DNA of 64,000 nucleotides. Origin: the human T2T-CHM13v2.0 reference genome, Homo sapiens. A model generated the notes under the pieces. The model saw nothing but the letters and a program-made list of their open reading frames with translations, did not search any database and was not told where the DNA came from. Below, piece after piece: positions 45,521 through 60,778 of this stretch (within the stretch, counting starts at the first letter, position 1; every line of letters starts with the position of its first letter). A program made the translations under genes and the position numbers. The DNA lies in the NCBI RefSeq assembly GCF_009914755.1, contig NC_060941.1; one strand, 5' to 3'.

Positions 45521-45707
45521 AGGAAATATTGGTATTTGAATCTGAGCACAAGTTGCCTATGGTAGTGACCCTCAGTCGCTGCCCAGGACTTTATAATAGG
45601 CAAATTTTGTCCTTTTTTGTTGCTTCTTTCTCCTTCTTTCTCATTTTTGTCTGTCTTTCTGTCTCTGTTTCTCTCTCTAGTGCATGCTTTTGTGTGTGGG
45701 TAGGTAG

Positions 45708-46064
<357 letters not shown>

Positions 46065-46555
46065 TAGGTGATTAGGTTTTACCAAAGAACAAATAGGACA
46101 GTTACCAAATACAGTTGCGGAGAAATTTACCACATAGCTTAAGCTTTAGATTCAAGGTAGATCATCTGTAAAAGCTAATGTCTTCACATGAGTTAAAGGT
46201 TTGAATTAAAAATAGATCCCCAGAATGTAATATTATTTTTATAAAATCAACTTAATGTCAGATTATGTAAGCCTTCATTTAAAAAGCAAAGTCATTTGAA
46301 ACAATATGTTGTCTAGTAAAACAGGGAAATGATCAGATTCAGAACCTGGAACATAAACCAACAAGGACCTCTATGCACAGCTATGGAATTGTAAGCTATA
46401 GCATTTTAACTTAATTAAGAAGGAGAAAAAAACATGAAGTAAAGCTGTTTGAAGAAAACGGAAAAGTGCATTTTGTATGCTGGAGCCCCATGGTTTCCCT
46501 GCTGGGCTCCCTGGTCATCAAGGTCCTCAGTTTCCTGGTGAGACCTGTGTCTTTT

Positions 46556-46672
46556 GGAGTGACGAGGTTTTACCGCGTTGGCCAGGCTGGTCTTGAACTC
46601 TTGACCTCAAGGGATCAGCCCCCTCAGTTTCCCAAAGTGCTGGGGTTATAGACGTGAGCCACCATGTCTGGC
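46556..46672 (-). mobile_element. Alu left-arm fragment
   Basis: gttggccaggctggtcttgaactc..cccaaagtgctggg..gtgagccacc. Confidence 0.88.
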
Positions 46673-46679
46673 CTTATCT

Positions 46680-46862
46680 GACTTTTTGATTATAGTCATC
46701 CTACTGAGCATAAAGGGATATCTCACTGTAGTTTTAATTTGCATTTATTTAATGAATAATGATGTTCATGGGTGTGTGTGTGTGTGCATGTGTGTGTGTC
46801 TGTGTTTATGCTTATTGGCCATTTGTGTATATTCTTTGGAGAAATGTCCATTCAGATCATTT
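46680..46862 (-). mobile_element. L1 ORF2 3' fragment
   Basis: tatctcactgtagttttaatttgcattt..ttattggccatttgtgtatattctttggagaaatgtc. Confidence 0.8.
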
Positions 46863-46865
46863 AAG

Positions 46866-47678
<813 letters not shown>

Positions 47679-47688
47679 ACAGAATGAT

Positions 47689-49997
47689 TGATATTGTTTG
47701 GCTCTGTGTCTCCACTCAAATCTCATCTCTAATTGTAATCCCCACATGTCGAGAGAGGGGCCTGGTGGGAGGTGATTGGATCACGGGGGCAGTTTCTCCA
47801 ATGCTCTTCTCAGGATAGTGAATTCTCATGAGATCTGATGGTTTAAAAGTGTTTGGCAGTTCTCCCCTTGCTTGCTCTCTGTTCTGCCACCTTGTAAAGA
47901 TGAGCCTTCCTTTCCCTTTGCCTTCTGCCATGATTGTAAGTTTCCTGAGGCCTCCTCATCCGTGCAGAACCGTGAGTCAATTAAACCTTTTTTCTTCATA
48001 AATTACCTAGTCTCAGGCAGTTCTTTATAGTGGTGTGAAAATGGATGAATACAAAAAATTGGTACCGCAAGTGGGTACTGCTGTAAAGATAACCTGAAAA
48101 TGTGGAAACAACTTTGGAACTGAGTAATGGGTAGAGGTTGAAACAGATTGGAGGGCTCAGAGGAAGCCAGGAATATGTGGGAAAGTTTGGAACTTCCTAG
48201 AGACTTGTTGAATAGTTTTGACCAAAATGCTGACAGTGGTACAGACAATGAAGTTCAGGCTGAGGTGGTCACAGATGGAGATGAGGAACTTATTGGGAAC
48301 TGGAGCAAAGGTCACTGTTGCTACACTTTAGCAAAGAGACTTGTTGCATTTTGCCCCTGCCCAAGAGATCTGTGGAAATTTGAACTTGAGAGAGATGATT
48401 TAGGATACTTGGCAGAAGAAATTTCTAAGCAGCAAAGCATTTAAGAGGTTACCTGGCTTTTTCTAAAAGCATACAGTCATATGCGTTCACAAAGAGATGG
48501 TTTGAAATTGTAACTTATGTTTGAAAGGAAAGCAGAGCATAAAGCCTTGAAAAAATTACAGCCTGACCATGTGGTAGAAAAGAAAAACCCATTTTCTGGG
48601 AAGGAATTCAAGCTGGCTTTAGAAATTTGCATAAGTAGCTTGGTGTTAATAGCCAAGACAATGGGGAAAATGTCTTCAGGGCATGTCAGAGATCTTTGCG
48701 GCAGCCCCTTCCATCACAGGCCTGGAGGCCTAGGGGGAAAAATAATTTCATGTTCTGGGCCCAGGGCCCTGTTGCTCTGTGCAGGCTGGGACATGGCACC
48801 TTGCCTCCTAGCTGCTCCAGCCATGGTGAAAGGGACCAACATACAGCTCAGGCTGCTGCTTCAGAGGGTGCAGGCCCCAAGCCTTGGTGGCTTGCAAGTG
48901 GTGTTGGACCTGCAGATGTGCAGAAGATGAGAGCTGAGGTTTGGGAACCCCAGCCTAGATTTCAGAGGATGTATGGAAATGCCTGGACGTCCAGGCAGAG
49001 GTCTGCTGCAGGGGCAGAGCTCCCATGGAAAATCTCTACTAGGACAACGTAGAGAGGAAATGTGGGGTTGGAGCCACTACACAGAGTCACTAATGGGGCA
49101 CTGCCTAGTGGAGCTGTGAGAAGAAGGCCACCATCCTTCAGACCCCAGAATTGTAGAACCACTAACAACTTGTACTGTATGCCTGCAAAAGCTGCAAGCA
49201 CTCAATGCCAGCCTGTGAAAACAGCCAAAGGGGCTGGGTACCCTGCAGAGACCATCCTTTGCATCAACTTATCCTGGATGCGACATGGTGTCAAAGGAGA
49301 TTATTTTGGAGCTTTAAAATTAAGTGAGTGCCCTGCCAGGTTTTGGACTTGCATGGGGCCTTTGGCCCCTTTTTTTGGCCAAGTTATGGAATAGGAACAT
49401 TAACCCAATGCTTGTACCCCCATGGTATCTTGGAAGTAACTAATTTGCTTTTGGTTTTACAGGCTCATAGGCAGAAGGGACTTGGCTTGTCTCAGATGAA
49501 ACTCTGGACTTGGACTTTTGAGTTAATGCTGGAATGAGTTAAGACTTTGGGGGACTGTTGGGAAGGCATGATTGTGTCTTGAAATGTAAAAAGGATATAA
49601 GATTTGGGAGGGGCCAGGGTGGAATGATATGGTTTGGGTCTATGTCCCCGCCTAAACCTCATCTCAAATTGTAATCCCCATGTGTTGAGGGAGGGACCTG
49701 GTGGGAGGTGATTGGATTTTGGGGGTGGTTTCCCCATGCTGTTCTCATGATAGTGAGTGAGGTCTCATGAGATCTGATGGTTTAAAAGTGTTTGGCAGAT
49801 CCCCCCACCTTGCTGTCTCTCTTTCTCTCGCCACCTTGTGAAAATGTGACTTGCTTCCCCTTTGCCTTCTGCCATGATGGTAATTTTCCTGGGGCCTCCC
49901 CAGCCATGCAGAACAGCAAGTCAATTAAACCTTTTTTCTTCATAAATTACTCAGTCTCAGGCAGTTCTTTATAGCCGTGAGAAAATAGATGAATACA
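47689..49997 (+). mobile_element. Two-LTR THE1D-like MaLR element: LTR 47689-48053, internal 48054-49624, LTR 49625-49997
   Basis: Paired tg..ca LTRs; PPT gggaggggccagggtggaa; TSD atgat/aggat; THE1-int ORF remnant WESLELPRDLLN..DEELIGNWSKG..LGYLAEEISKQQSI. Confidence 0.95.
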
Positions 49998-50309
49998 AGG
50001 ATATAGCCCCTTCCAGAACCATGACACCCATACAGGGAAGCATCAGAGGAAGAAGTACTGCAATCTCTCTCCTCTTTTACTGTTTGACTTCCTGCAGTGT
50101 CTTTCATTGACTGGACCCAGTTGGAAGCCAGAAGGCAAAAGGGTGGAGAATGGATGAGGGTGGGTGGTATTGAGGCAGTGGTGGTAGGGCACTAAGAATA
50201 ACCAACATCATGACCGAAAGACTAGTAATATTTGGCTCTCTGTTGAGTTTCCATACCCAGGAAATGAAAGAAGATGAGGATCTTGCCTTCAAAATGGGAT
50301 TGATTTGAG

Positions 50310-50535
50310 AGCAGTGTTTCCTAAAGTGACTTTCTTTGGAACATATTGGGAAACATTTCAAAATCTATTCCTTATTTTGGTTTTGACACTCATAATGCAT
50401 ATTAGCTTGTTAAAGGCTTTGCAAAGACCTGCAGTGAGGAAGCTAAGTTCCCCAACTCATGTAAGTGCAGACACTTTTCTCATTGCCCTCTTATTAACAG
50501 AGCTCTGCAAAGCATCATTTTGGAAAATGCCAGTT
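50310..50535. mobile_element. Old hAT-Charlie MITE (MER112/Charlie4-like)
   Basis: cagtgtttcctaaagtg..catattagcttgttaaaggct..cctgcagt..ttttggaaaatgc. Confidence 0.5.
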
Positions 50536-50559
50536 TAGAGAATAGTAATTCACACTCAC

Positions 50560-50715
50560 AGGTAGTTACGGTCAAGGCGCTTGTATATCTATTATCTCAT
50601 TTGATCTTCATAGCATCCCTTTGAACTAGAATACTGAGATTCAGAGACGGTGAGTGACTTACCAAAGATCACATAGCTAGTTAGTGGTAGAGCAGAAAAT
50701 AGAAGAATCACTTCT
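50560..50715 (-). mobile_element. MIR
   Basis: tatctcatttgatcttca..actgagattcagagacggtgagtgacttaccaaagatcacatagctagt. Confidence 0.85.
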
Positions 50716-50989
50716 GCTGGTGTCCACCACAGGGCTCTTATCCCTGGAACATAGGAAACTAGCTTTTTTGTTTTTTAAAGTGTCATTCTTTCTTCACATA
50801 GCACCCAAATTAACCCAGTCACAAACTTTGCTCTATTGTGGGGAAGCTCTAAAGATAACTCAGTCAACAAACAGCTTCCTGACTCTGTGGTCCTGTTGCA
50901 TCTTCAGTTTCAATTGCATCAAACAGCTTTCAGCTTTTGATATGATGCCAGAAAATAATTTTAAGAAGAAAAGAAAAAAAATCTGCAGT

Positions 50990-51134
50990 TTTTCTTTCTC
51001 TCTTTCTTTTTTTTTTTTTCTTTTGAGACGGAGTCTCACTCTGTCACCCAGGCTGGAGTGCAGTGGTGTGATCTTGGCCCATGGCAACCTCCACCTCCCG
51101 GGTTCAAGCAATTCTCCTTCCTTAGCCTCCTGAG
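50990..51134 (-). mobile_element. 5'-truncated Alu
   Basis: TSD tgcagtttttctt. Confidence 0.93.
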
Positions 51135-51349
51135 TGCAGTTTTTCTTATTTGGAACCACCTCCCCAGAAAGCACAGTGGATATGTTTCACCCCCATGCCT
51201 GCTTTCAGAGTGTCTTTCTGCTTTTAGAAAAAGACTAGTCTAAAGAAGACAATGCTCCATGTAATCACTCAGATGGGAGGGCTAACCCGTCTTTTCCCTC
51301 AGTAACGGTGGGCTTTCTTTAAGGTTGAAATGCTTATAATAAAGAATAG

Positions 51350-51510
51350 CTCCTGAAATGTATAAAACATTTTCACATATTTGATTCTCTTAATAGTCGT
51401 GAGATAGATGGGGCAGGCACTATGGTTCCATATCTCAAACAAGGAACCTGGGGCTTGGAGAGGTCTTATGGATTGCCCAGCTAGTAAGAATGAAAGCTAG
51501 GACCTATAAT
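51350..51510 (-). mobile_element. MIR
   Basis: tttcacata..gtgagatag..gaacctggggcttggagagg..gctagtaag. Confidence 0.6.
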
Positions 51511-51943
51511 TAGGAGACCTGGCAACTCAGGCCAAGGACCCTTCTTACTTGTGCAACACTGCTTTGAAAGTTGAACAACAAAGAGCACAATAATGACGTG
51601 CAATTGTTGTCCATAAGCCTGTGAGGAATGGGCAGGTGGGGAGCTGGGAAGTTTTGAGCTACGTTTTGAAGGAAAAAAAAGGCATGGATAAATAGGAAAG
51701 GGAGTTGGGCACAAGTTCCGAGGTACACTTAGTATACCATGCTGGTAATGGGGGACAAAGACTCTTAGTGCCTGGCTACCAGTTAAAGAATAAGCAGGCA
51801 ACCAAATTAGGACAGTGGGAAGAGAGGAAGGCTGGTAATTCATGATCTGCCACTAAATAGCTATAAGAGCTTAGGCTTGTATATGGCACTTTTCCCATCT
51901 ATTAAATTAGTAAGAGGGCTGGACAAAGTGCATGCAATTATAA

Positions 51944-52299
<356 letters not shown>

Positions 52300-52311
52300 T
52301 TAAAAACTTCT

Positions 52312-52850
52312 TAAAATTTTATTTTAATAGTCTTTGGGGAACAGGTGAGTTTTGGTTACATGAATAAGTTATTTAGTGGTGATTTCTGAGATTTTGGTGC
52401 ATCCGTCACCCAAGCAGCATACACTGTACCCAAATGTGTACAGTGGATCCCAAAGTCCAGTATATCATTCTTATGCCTTTGTGTCCTCATAGCCTAGCCC
52501 CCACTTATAAGTGAGAACATACAGTATTTGGTTTTCCATTTCTGAGTTACTCTACTTAGGATAATGGTCTCCAGCTCCATCCAAATTGCTGCAAATGCCA
52601 TTATTTTGTTCCTTTTTATGGCTGAGTCGTATTTCATGGTGTGTGTATGTATATATGATACACCGTATATGCACATATATATACCATATATACATATATA
52701 CACCATATATACACATATATAAAACATATATACTTATATATACCATATATACATATATATACATACATCTCTCTCTCTCTCACACATTTCCTTTATCTAC
52801 TTGTTGGTTGATAGGCATTTAAGCTAATTCCACGTTTTTGCAATTAGCCA
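52312..52850 (-). mobile_element. L1PB 3' end with internal (TA)/(CA)-rich tract at about 52640-52785
   Basis: ttggttacatgaataagtt..agtggtgatttctgagattttggtgca; minus-strand KIMAFAAIWMELETIILS. Confidence 0.92.
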
Positions 52851-53029
52851 TCCATTTTTGCTCACAAGACAACTATAGGCACAAGTTTCATATGAAAACA
52901 TATAAATGTTTGTATGTTTCCCTACAAATAGTAATATTCTATATACCATTATTACTTTTATTACTTAAGTATATACTTTTTATTTTATTACTTAACCACA
53001 TTACCTCAAAGTCTTTCTATTCCTTTTAA

Positions 53030-53765
53030 TGGCAAATCTGAGGAGGGAAGAAGTGATATCTTGTAATTCTGGTTTTGTTGTTACAAGCAAGATTAAGCTT
53101 TTTTTGATAGATTTCAGAGCATCTCTATTTTGTATTCTGTAAACAGTCTGTTTATATATTTGCCCTTTTTAATTTGCCAGAACTTTCTATATATTGGGAA
53201 AATTAGCCCTTTGTGATATGAGGTACATATTTTTTTCTTCCTAATTTGACATTTTTATTGTGGCTTTCTATGTTTTTATTGTTTTGTTTTTATGTTTTGT
53301 CATGCAGAATTTCTTTTTCAATTTTGTGATAGTTAAGATTTTAATGGCTTTTGAGTTTTATATAATATTTTAAGGGAGGTATTACCCATTCTAAGAAAAA
53401 AGGCTCATATTTTATTTTAGTTCTTTTATGGATTCATTTTACATATTTCACATTTTTTATTTGTAATTTACTTTTATTATATGAGTTAGAGAACTAAATG
53501 TATCTATTTATTTTTCCAGAGGGCTATCCATTTCTTCCAATACCATTTATTTGTAATCTATCTTTTTTCCTCTATTGATTTAAAGTGCCAATTTTATCAT
53601 ATACTTCAGTTTATTTCTGGTCTTTCCATTTGATTCTATTTATCTGTCTATCTATTTCTGTCCTGGTATCACTTCACTTAAATTTCAATTTCTATAACAT
53701 ATATGTATTTAATATCTGGAAAACTCAACATCTTCTCTTTCAGAACTTTCCTGCCTATTTTTGTC
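53030..53765 (-). mobile_element. Old L1M ORF2 remnant
   Basis: T-rich antisense L1 motifs caataccatttatt, tttctggtctttccattt. Confidence 0.6.
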
Positions 53766-53989
53766 CCAAGAGAAGCTTTTGGAGGGGCCTAATAACGAGA
53801 CAGTTTGACTAGTTTCTTGCTCCATTCTCAAGTTGTGAGAGCTAATTTTTCTCTTTGGCTCTGCCTACCTCTGCCTGTTTCAAGTAATTACTGAGTTACT
53901 AATAATGAGCTATCCTTGAGCACAGTACTTTACCCTGGTTTTGATCTGCTTTTCCAGTGTTTTTATTGATTTTTCCTGGACTCAGGAAA

Positions 53990-54220
53990 GAAGGATTGGA
54001 GAGCTTATTAGTAATAGAGCTATGATGAGAACCTAGGTTTTCCTGGCTCCAGTTCAGCACTTGCCACTCTTATTACTACCATGATGATGACTGCTATTAT
54101 TACTACTACTATCGTCATCCCCATCCCCCTGCTTTTATTAAAATACAATGTGCCAGGCACTGTGCAAAATATTTTAAATTTATTATCCATTTAATCTTTA
54201 TACAGCACTCAGAGGAGGTG
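53990..54220 (-). mobile_element. MIR fragments
   Basis: aatgtgccaggcactgtgc..atccatttaatctt; agtaatagagc..gaacctagg. Confidence 0.65.
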
Positions 54221-55850
54221 GAGTGTGTTTCTGTATCCACACCTAGCTGTTGGTGGTCACTACTGTGTGCATTCCACCCTCAAACGCATTCCCTTTATTG
54301 GCCATTTTCCAGCCTCTGACCAGGAGCCCCAGCATCCAGACGTCCTAATGCTACAGCAGACAAATTGCTGTATGAGGGTGTTTTTATTTCCAAAGTTGTA
54401 AATTGCACCAAAATAGATTTCATACAATTTACAATGTGTCTGACAAGAAAACAGGTTGTTGCTGCCAAATCCTGATTTTTAATTGAACCTCTATTTGAGT
54501 ATGGAGGACAATAAATAGCCCTACCCATGGGGGGCATAAGGCAACAGTAGAGGCATTTGGGTATGTCTTCTGGGAAGGCCAGAGGGCAAAGGGCCTACCG
54601 TTTTCTAAATGCTTTGCTTACTTAGGTTATTTTTGGAAATGCCTCTTAACAGGCTGTTGCTGGGGAGTTGATGAATTCATGACTACCATTTCGATAGTAA
54701 TCAAAAAACAAGGCAGCTCTATTGAGCTGCAGAGGCTGAGCTTGGGCTTGATTTGACATTAATTGGATTTGGTAATCCCTAGATCTCCTGTTTGTTTTCC
54801 CCACGCCTGAGAAGCTATTATATGCATAAGGAGAGGACCTCCCCATCTTGTTGAGGTCTTGGCTCAATGATGGCTTGTTGGAGAAAGAGGATGTTGGCAT
54901 TTTCAAAGATTAGGTAAAGAAAGCCAGCACAGGCAGCTGTGGTCTGAGTCTTCAGCCACTCTGGTAGTGAATTAGCATCATACACAGATAGCAATTGCTC
55001 CAGCATCCCTATGTCAGCAGGGGCTGGGGCTGCTAGGAGTTTCCAGCAGGGTTGCATGTGTTGATGTGTAGGTGAGGATGGTCATTGAGGCTGGTGTGCC
55101 ATGTATGTTGAAGGGAGAGAGGAGAAATCAGCAATAACCAAGAGACAATGGCCAGAGTCATGAGCCCTGGAGATAATCAGAGTGTGATGGTGATGGTTGT
55201 CCCTGAAAGCTTTGTCCACGGAGCTGCTGAGTCAATGTTGTGGATGCCCAGAAATATTAACACTTTTTTACATTTATCCATTATCTCATTTGAAACTGCA
55301 AAAGTACTGCAATTTATTTCTTACTTTCTGATAACAGAATTGAGACCCAGAGATATTAACTTGCTCAGAGCTGCATGGATGATAGGTGAGACAAGCCCAC
55401 TTAGTCATTTTCTGATCTTCAATTTTAGAATTTAATACAAAAGTCATCTTGCAAATGAAAAGTAGAAAAATTCATTTTTAAAATTTAGGTCAGACAAATT
55501 AAATTCAGTTGACTTTATATTTATTTGAACAAAAGACAATTCATGAATTGGGCCTGAATTGTCATGAACAAACCAGGAAAGGTTCAGGGAACTCCACTCA
55601 GCAACATGGGCAGGTAGTATTTATAGACAACTAAAGGAAGTGACATACAGAAACAGCTTGACTGGCTATAGCTCTGTGTTGACCTGATGTGGGCATGGTG
55701 TGATGAGGCATGGTTATGGTTATGGTTGTGGACCAATCAGTTGGCAGCCTGAGACTGGCTGAAGTTGGCTGCTGTGATTGGCTAAGACTCAGCAACTTTT
55801 TACAAGAATATACTCTTGTTAGGTTGCAATGTGCTTGCATACTAAGTCAG

Positions 55851-56220
55851 TGTATTTGTCTGTTTTCATGCTGCTCATAAAGACATACCTGAGACTGGGC
55901 AATTTACAAAAGAAAGAGGTTTATTGGGCTTACAGTTCCACATGGCTGGGGAGGCCTCACAATCATGGAGGAAAGCAAGGAGAAGCAAGTCACATCTTAT
56001 GAGGATGGCAGCAGGCAAAAAAGAGAGCTTGTGCAGGGCAACTCCCATTTTTAAAACCATCATCAAATCTTGTAAGACCCATTCACTATCATGACAACAG
56101 CATGGGAAAGACCTGCCCCCAAAATTCAATCATCTCCCACTGGGTCCCTGCCACAACACATGGGAATTATGGGAGCTACAAGATGAGATTTGGGTGGAGA
56201 CACAGAGTCAAACCATATCA
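55851..56220 (-). mobile_element. THE1A/B solo LTR nested in the ERV 3' LTR
   Basis: tg..ca termini; TSD gtcag at 55846-55850 and 56221-56225. Confidence 0.96.
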
Positions 56221-56280
56221 GTCAGGTTGCAGTTTGCTACATATGGAGGCAGCTTTAGACCAAATATAATTAAATTGAAA

Positions 56281-56293
56281 ATTTCCCCTTTTG
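56281..56293 (-). other. Retroviral polypurine tract
   Basis: aaaaggggaaat on the minus strand, abutting the 3' LTR. Confidence 0.75.
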
Positions 56294-56689
56294 ATAAGCA
56301 TCTCAATTTTGAGAGATTGACCCAACTTTGGGCATTGATGCCACTGTGTCATCATTATGGACTTGTTTGGTCTCAGTACAAATTCACAATTTATGACATC
56401 AAGTCAGTTGCATGATTCCTTATGTTCTTGTGTCTTCATTATTTTAACTGTAGTAAGACCAGTTTATGCTGCATACAAGCATTTAAGACTCTCTTCAGAG
56501 GTTATGAGGCAAGAAAGAAACTATTATTCTGGCTATTTTGAGAACAATACTGGGAGACTGAAATATATTCCTTAAGAGGACCCCCCACAGATCAAACCAA
56601 TCAAAATCAAATACATCAAAACTGACCCAGATGAGTAATTTTAACTAAGTAGTTTGTTTGCTGAGTTCTTTCAACTGAGTTTCTATCAG

Positions 56690-57560
56690 TTGCATGCACT
56701 CCTAGTCTGAAGCAATCATGTCATCTAAAACAAATTTAGCAAGAGAATTTAAAGAAGCTTGCTGGCCAACTGTAGCCTGTGTAGTAGAACAGCTATAGTA
56801 GCTAATGTTGGAGACAGATTTCTCATCATAGCTTTATTGACATTTATACCAAGCCAGGGAAGGAGCATTCTACCAAATGATGTCCACTTAGAGAGATTTA
56901 TGAGGGCTGGCAAATTTGTCTTTATTCCACAGTGCAAACTCAGAGGTGTAGACTAGTGTTCTGTTTCCAATAGGCTATGGAGTGACAGTGATACTGTTAA
57001 AATACTTAATCCACATTGGCCCCTTATTTTCCACTATTGAGACACAGAATTGCCCACACATATAGTTGGTTATTAAAATCTTCCACAGATAAAAATATGT
57101 TCTAAAGGGATACAAAAGACAGTTTCTGTGGGACATCTTGTGCATTAGGGGTCACCAAAAAGGAAGCACTAGTAATATTTTTCTAAAGCTCCATTGTTGA
57201 ATCATTTCATGGTTGGAGGGTACCAACAATTAAGGGATAAGAGTTATACATTGGTCTACAAACTGTTAGATTATCTTTCTCTTGGCTTTCTTATGCTATA
57301 ATTTAGCTGCAAATTTCAAAATTCTCAGGTATTATCTACTCTTAGATTTAGATAAAGGATTTGAATGCATGAATCGAAAAACCTAACCCTCTAGAAAGGG
57401 TACAATTTGAACAAATAGTCAAACTTGGAATATTAGTGCAATTTGTTACAAGCTGAACCAGAGAATCTATAAAATCATGTACAAATTTAGGTTTCATATG
57501 ATATATCCGATATTAAGTTTCTTATAGAAACTGTTGATTATGAAATCTTCAATATTATAT
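56690..57560 (-). pseudogene. env: env remnant, frameshifted
   Basis: WTSFGRMLLPWLGINVNKAMMRNLS then, after a frameshift, QQASLNSLAKFVLDDMIASD, a degenerate version of the TM heptad/ISU motif SLxxVVLDNRIALD. Confidence 0.8.
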
Positions 57561-57729
57561 GATTTTGTCGTGTATAAACAGAAAAAAAACAGGAACAGGA
57601 ATAAACGTTTCATGGTGACAGAGAAGAGAAGTCTTGATTTGTGATCTTGAAAAAGCTGTCCACACCTGGGATGCCATTTGCTTCTGAGAAGAAACCTCCC
57701 TAGTCAGTTTTACCTTGAGACCCCCATTG

Positions 57730-58567
57730 GGTATACAGTTCCAAGAGTTTTGAGGGGTCCTCTTGGGTTGAGAGATGTGGATCCAAGATGTGAGGCCCTG
57801 AAGTTTTTCTGTAGAGAAGTACTTGGTATGGTCCCTTCCAGTGGAATTCAAGGACGGTCTTTTTCCCGTGTCTTTTTAAAAAGACCTAATCTTCCGGATT
57901 CTGACAGGTCTGGTTGGCATCAGTTGGTGGATCACAAAAGGCTTCTTTTACCTGGTGAAAATATACTTTGGCATAATGCATTACAACCTTGCAATGTTGA
58001 GTCATGTCAGAGTTTATGAGAAGGAGACACATGGGGTTCTATCATTAGAAGCATTGGCCTTCCAGTAACTTTCATAAGGGGCCTATCTGTGTTTTCCACT
58101 GGGGGTAGATCTGATTGCCATCAATCACTAATACCTTTAACCAAGGCAATCTCATCAATTCAGTTAGCTTTGCCTGATGCCATTGTACTTGTAGTACCTT
58201 ATTTAAATGCTGTATAACTTGTCCATTGAAATAAATACCTTTATTATTAGATTTCTTCAGGAATGCCTCATAAGTAAAACACATTTTTGGATAACCTTTT
58301 AGCTACTAATGTAGCATCGTCTTTCTGAATGAAAAAACTTCTGTACAACCAGAAAACATGTATTAAAAGTAGCAATTGAAGGAAATCCATCTGTAAGTGT
58401 TCAAATTATTGAGCAGGTACTGGAAATGCATCACCTGAAAGTTGTTGTTGTCTTATCAGAATTACAGGTTTGACAAATCAAACATGGGTTATAAACCATT
58501 TTAGAATGATCATCCCACCAACTTTAAATTTTTTTTATTTTGTCGCTTCACGATGAGTCATAGAGTG

Positions 58568-58607
<40 letters not shown>

Positions 58608-59170
58608 TGAGACGGAGGCTCGCTCTGTCACCCAGGCTGGAGTGCACTGGCCAATCTCGGCTCACTGCAAGCTCTGCCTCCCGGGTTCACGCCATTCTCT
58701 TGCCTCAGCCTCCAGAGTAGCTGGGATTACAGGCGCTCGCCACCACGCCGAGCTAATTTTTTGTATTTTTAGTAGAGATGGGGTTTCACCGTGTTAGCCA
58801 GGAAGTTCTTGATTTCCTGACCTCGTGATCCGCCCACCTCGGCCTCCCAAAGTGCTGGGATTACAGGCGTGAGCCACCGCGCCCAGCCTAGAGTGCTTTT
58901 AATAATGGAAGTTTTAAGGACTCAGGAAGGAACAGGTGGCTGTCCAGGCTCCCCATGAGTCCATGCTTAACACTGAATTTACATCCTCTTACATTCCAGT
59001 TTTGTTTCTCCAATTCAGGTGCATACCACTGTTTATTAAATAGGTTATCATAGGTAATTTGACTTGGATCAATTTGATGGAGTTTCTTCAAATCACATAT
59101 GTTAACAATTCCAGTACTGCCTGACATAGCATGAAAACCTGCCAAATCATTTCCTTGGTATTCAATTAAT
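57730..59170 (-). pseudogene. pol: pol (integrase region) remnant interrupted by AluY
   Basis: HWKGPYQVLL and KLQGLTSWIHISQ (GPY/F module); NKGIYFNGQVIQHLNKVLQVQW (integrase core-like); [13 protein letters not shown]. Confidence 0.82.
58569..58888 (-). mobile_element. AluY with T37 tail
   Basis: Y diagnostics; TSD tagagtgcttt. Confidence 0.97.
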
Positions 59171-60366
59171 TCTTGTTGTGCTTGATGTTGGTTTAACAGT
59201 TCTATGAAACCAATCCATTTTTTTCATTAGAGTTCTGTGAATTCTTACCCAATCCAGTGGTATGATCAGATTTCTAGAGATTTCATACAATTTCTGGAAT
59301 GCATGTTAATAATCCATACCAATATAACTTAAGTGAGGTTTAGCATTACTTATTATTTGATAATGCTTTCTATACAATTTCATATATCAAATAAGCCAAA
59401 TCTGTTTAATATCTCTCTTAATGTAAGGAAAGATATTATTTTAAGATGCTCCAAGGGCCATCTGAAAATTCTTAAAATTAACTTAAGGTCAAGAAAAAGA
59501 TTTAATTTAGAATTTGATTTTAGGACATTTGTCAAAAATATCAAGGACTTAAAACACTTCATCAAAATAGGATGACAAGTCACTTGAAACAATAGGCATT
59601 CACTTAACCAGAGTGATAAGTAAAGACGTCAAAGGCAAAAACAGAAAATTACGTAGCCACAGAAAAACCTTAGCTCTTTTAATAGAGAGGACTCAGTTTT
59701 CTTACATGATCCAAATCCTAATAAATACATCATGAAGTGGAGGAAATATCATAGTAAGACACAGAATCTTTTCTCCTAGGCCAATTACCTAAAAGATTAA
59801 GAAATCCTTTCACATTTTCCTATTAAGAGCAAACCAATACTCCAAGAAAACCTTGTTTTTTTAACAGAAAGGATGAACTTCTAGTTTTGTGTTAGTGTAC
59901 TTTTGATATTAATGCTTGAGTTTAAGAAAAACTAATAAATAATTCTCTTCTACTTATTTGATTAGCCAGTTTGACCACACATAAAATTTCTTTCAAAGGA
60001 TTCATCTTCCATAAACCTTCTACAATTTTCTTACCCTTCACTTTTTTGTCCTATGCTTTTCTTCTTTCTCATTTTGAAATAACCAGTCATTCTAATTTAG
60101 GATAAAAATTACTCTCTTTTTGCCTTAACAAAACAGAACATCCTCATAACTTATAGTTTTTATTATGAAAAGCATATATTACCTTCTTTGTATACTTGCA
60201 TATAGAGTTGTTTCTCTTATTATTACTAGTGATTTTATTTACATATATTAATTAGAATGTTTTACCCCTATGTTCCAGTGAACACCATGGTGCAAATAAT
60301 TGTGAACTATCTGTCACACCAGCAATTTTGAACCATAATATCTAGAAGATATCTAGGAGCATGTCC

Positions 60367-60778
<412 letters not shown>

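Noticed and set aside
48148-49394. Several overlapping 100-140 aa ORFs
   Set aside because: Frameshifted THE1 internal ORF remnants, not a host gene.
54295-55057. Minus-strand ORF pieces (GFLYLIFEN..QAIIE..QQDGEVLSLCI; KTYPNASTVA) faintly resemble CPEB-family RRM sequence, suggesting a processed pseudogene
   Set aside because: The spacing between the look-alike motifs does not match the protein as I recall it (off by tens of codons overall), identity is low, and no poly(A) or TSD is visible. A tBLASTn or HMM search would settle it.
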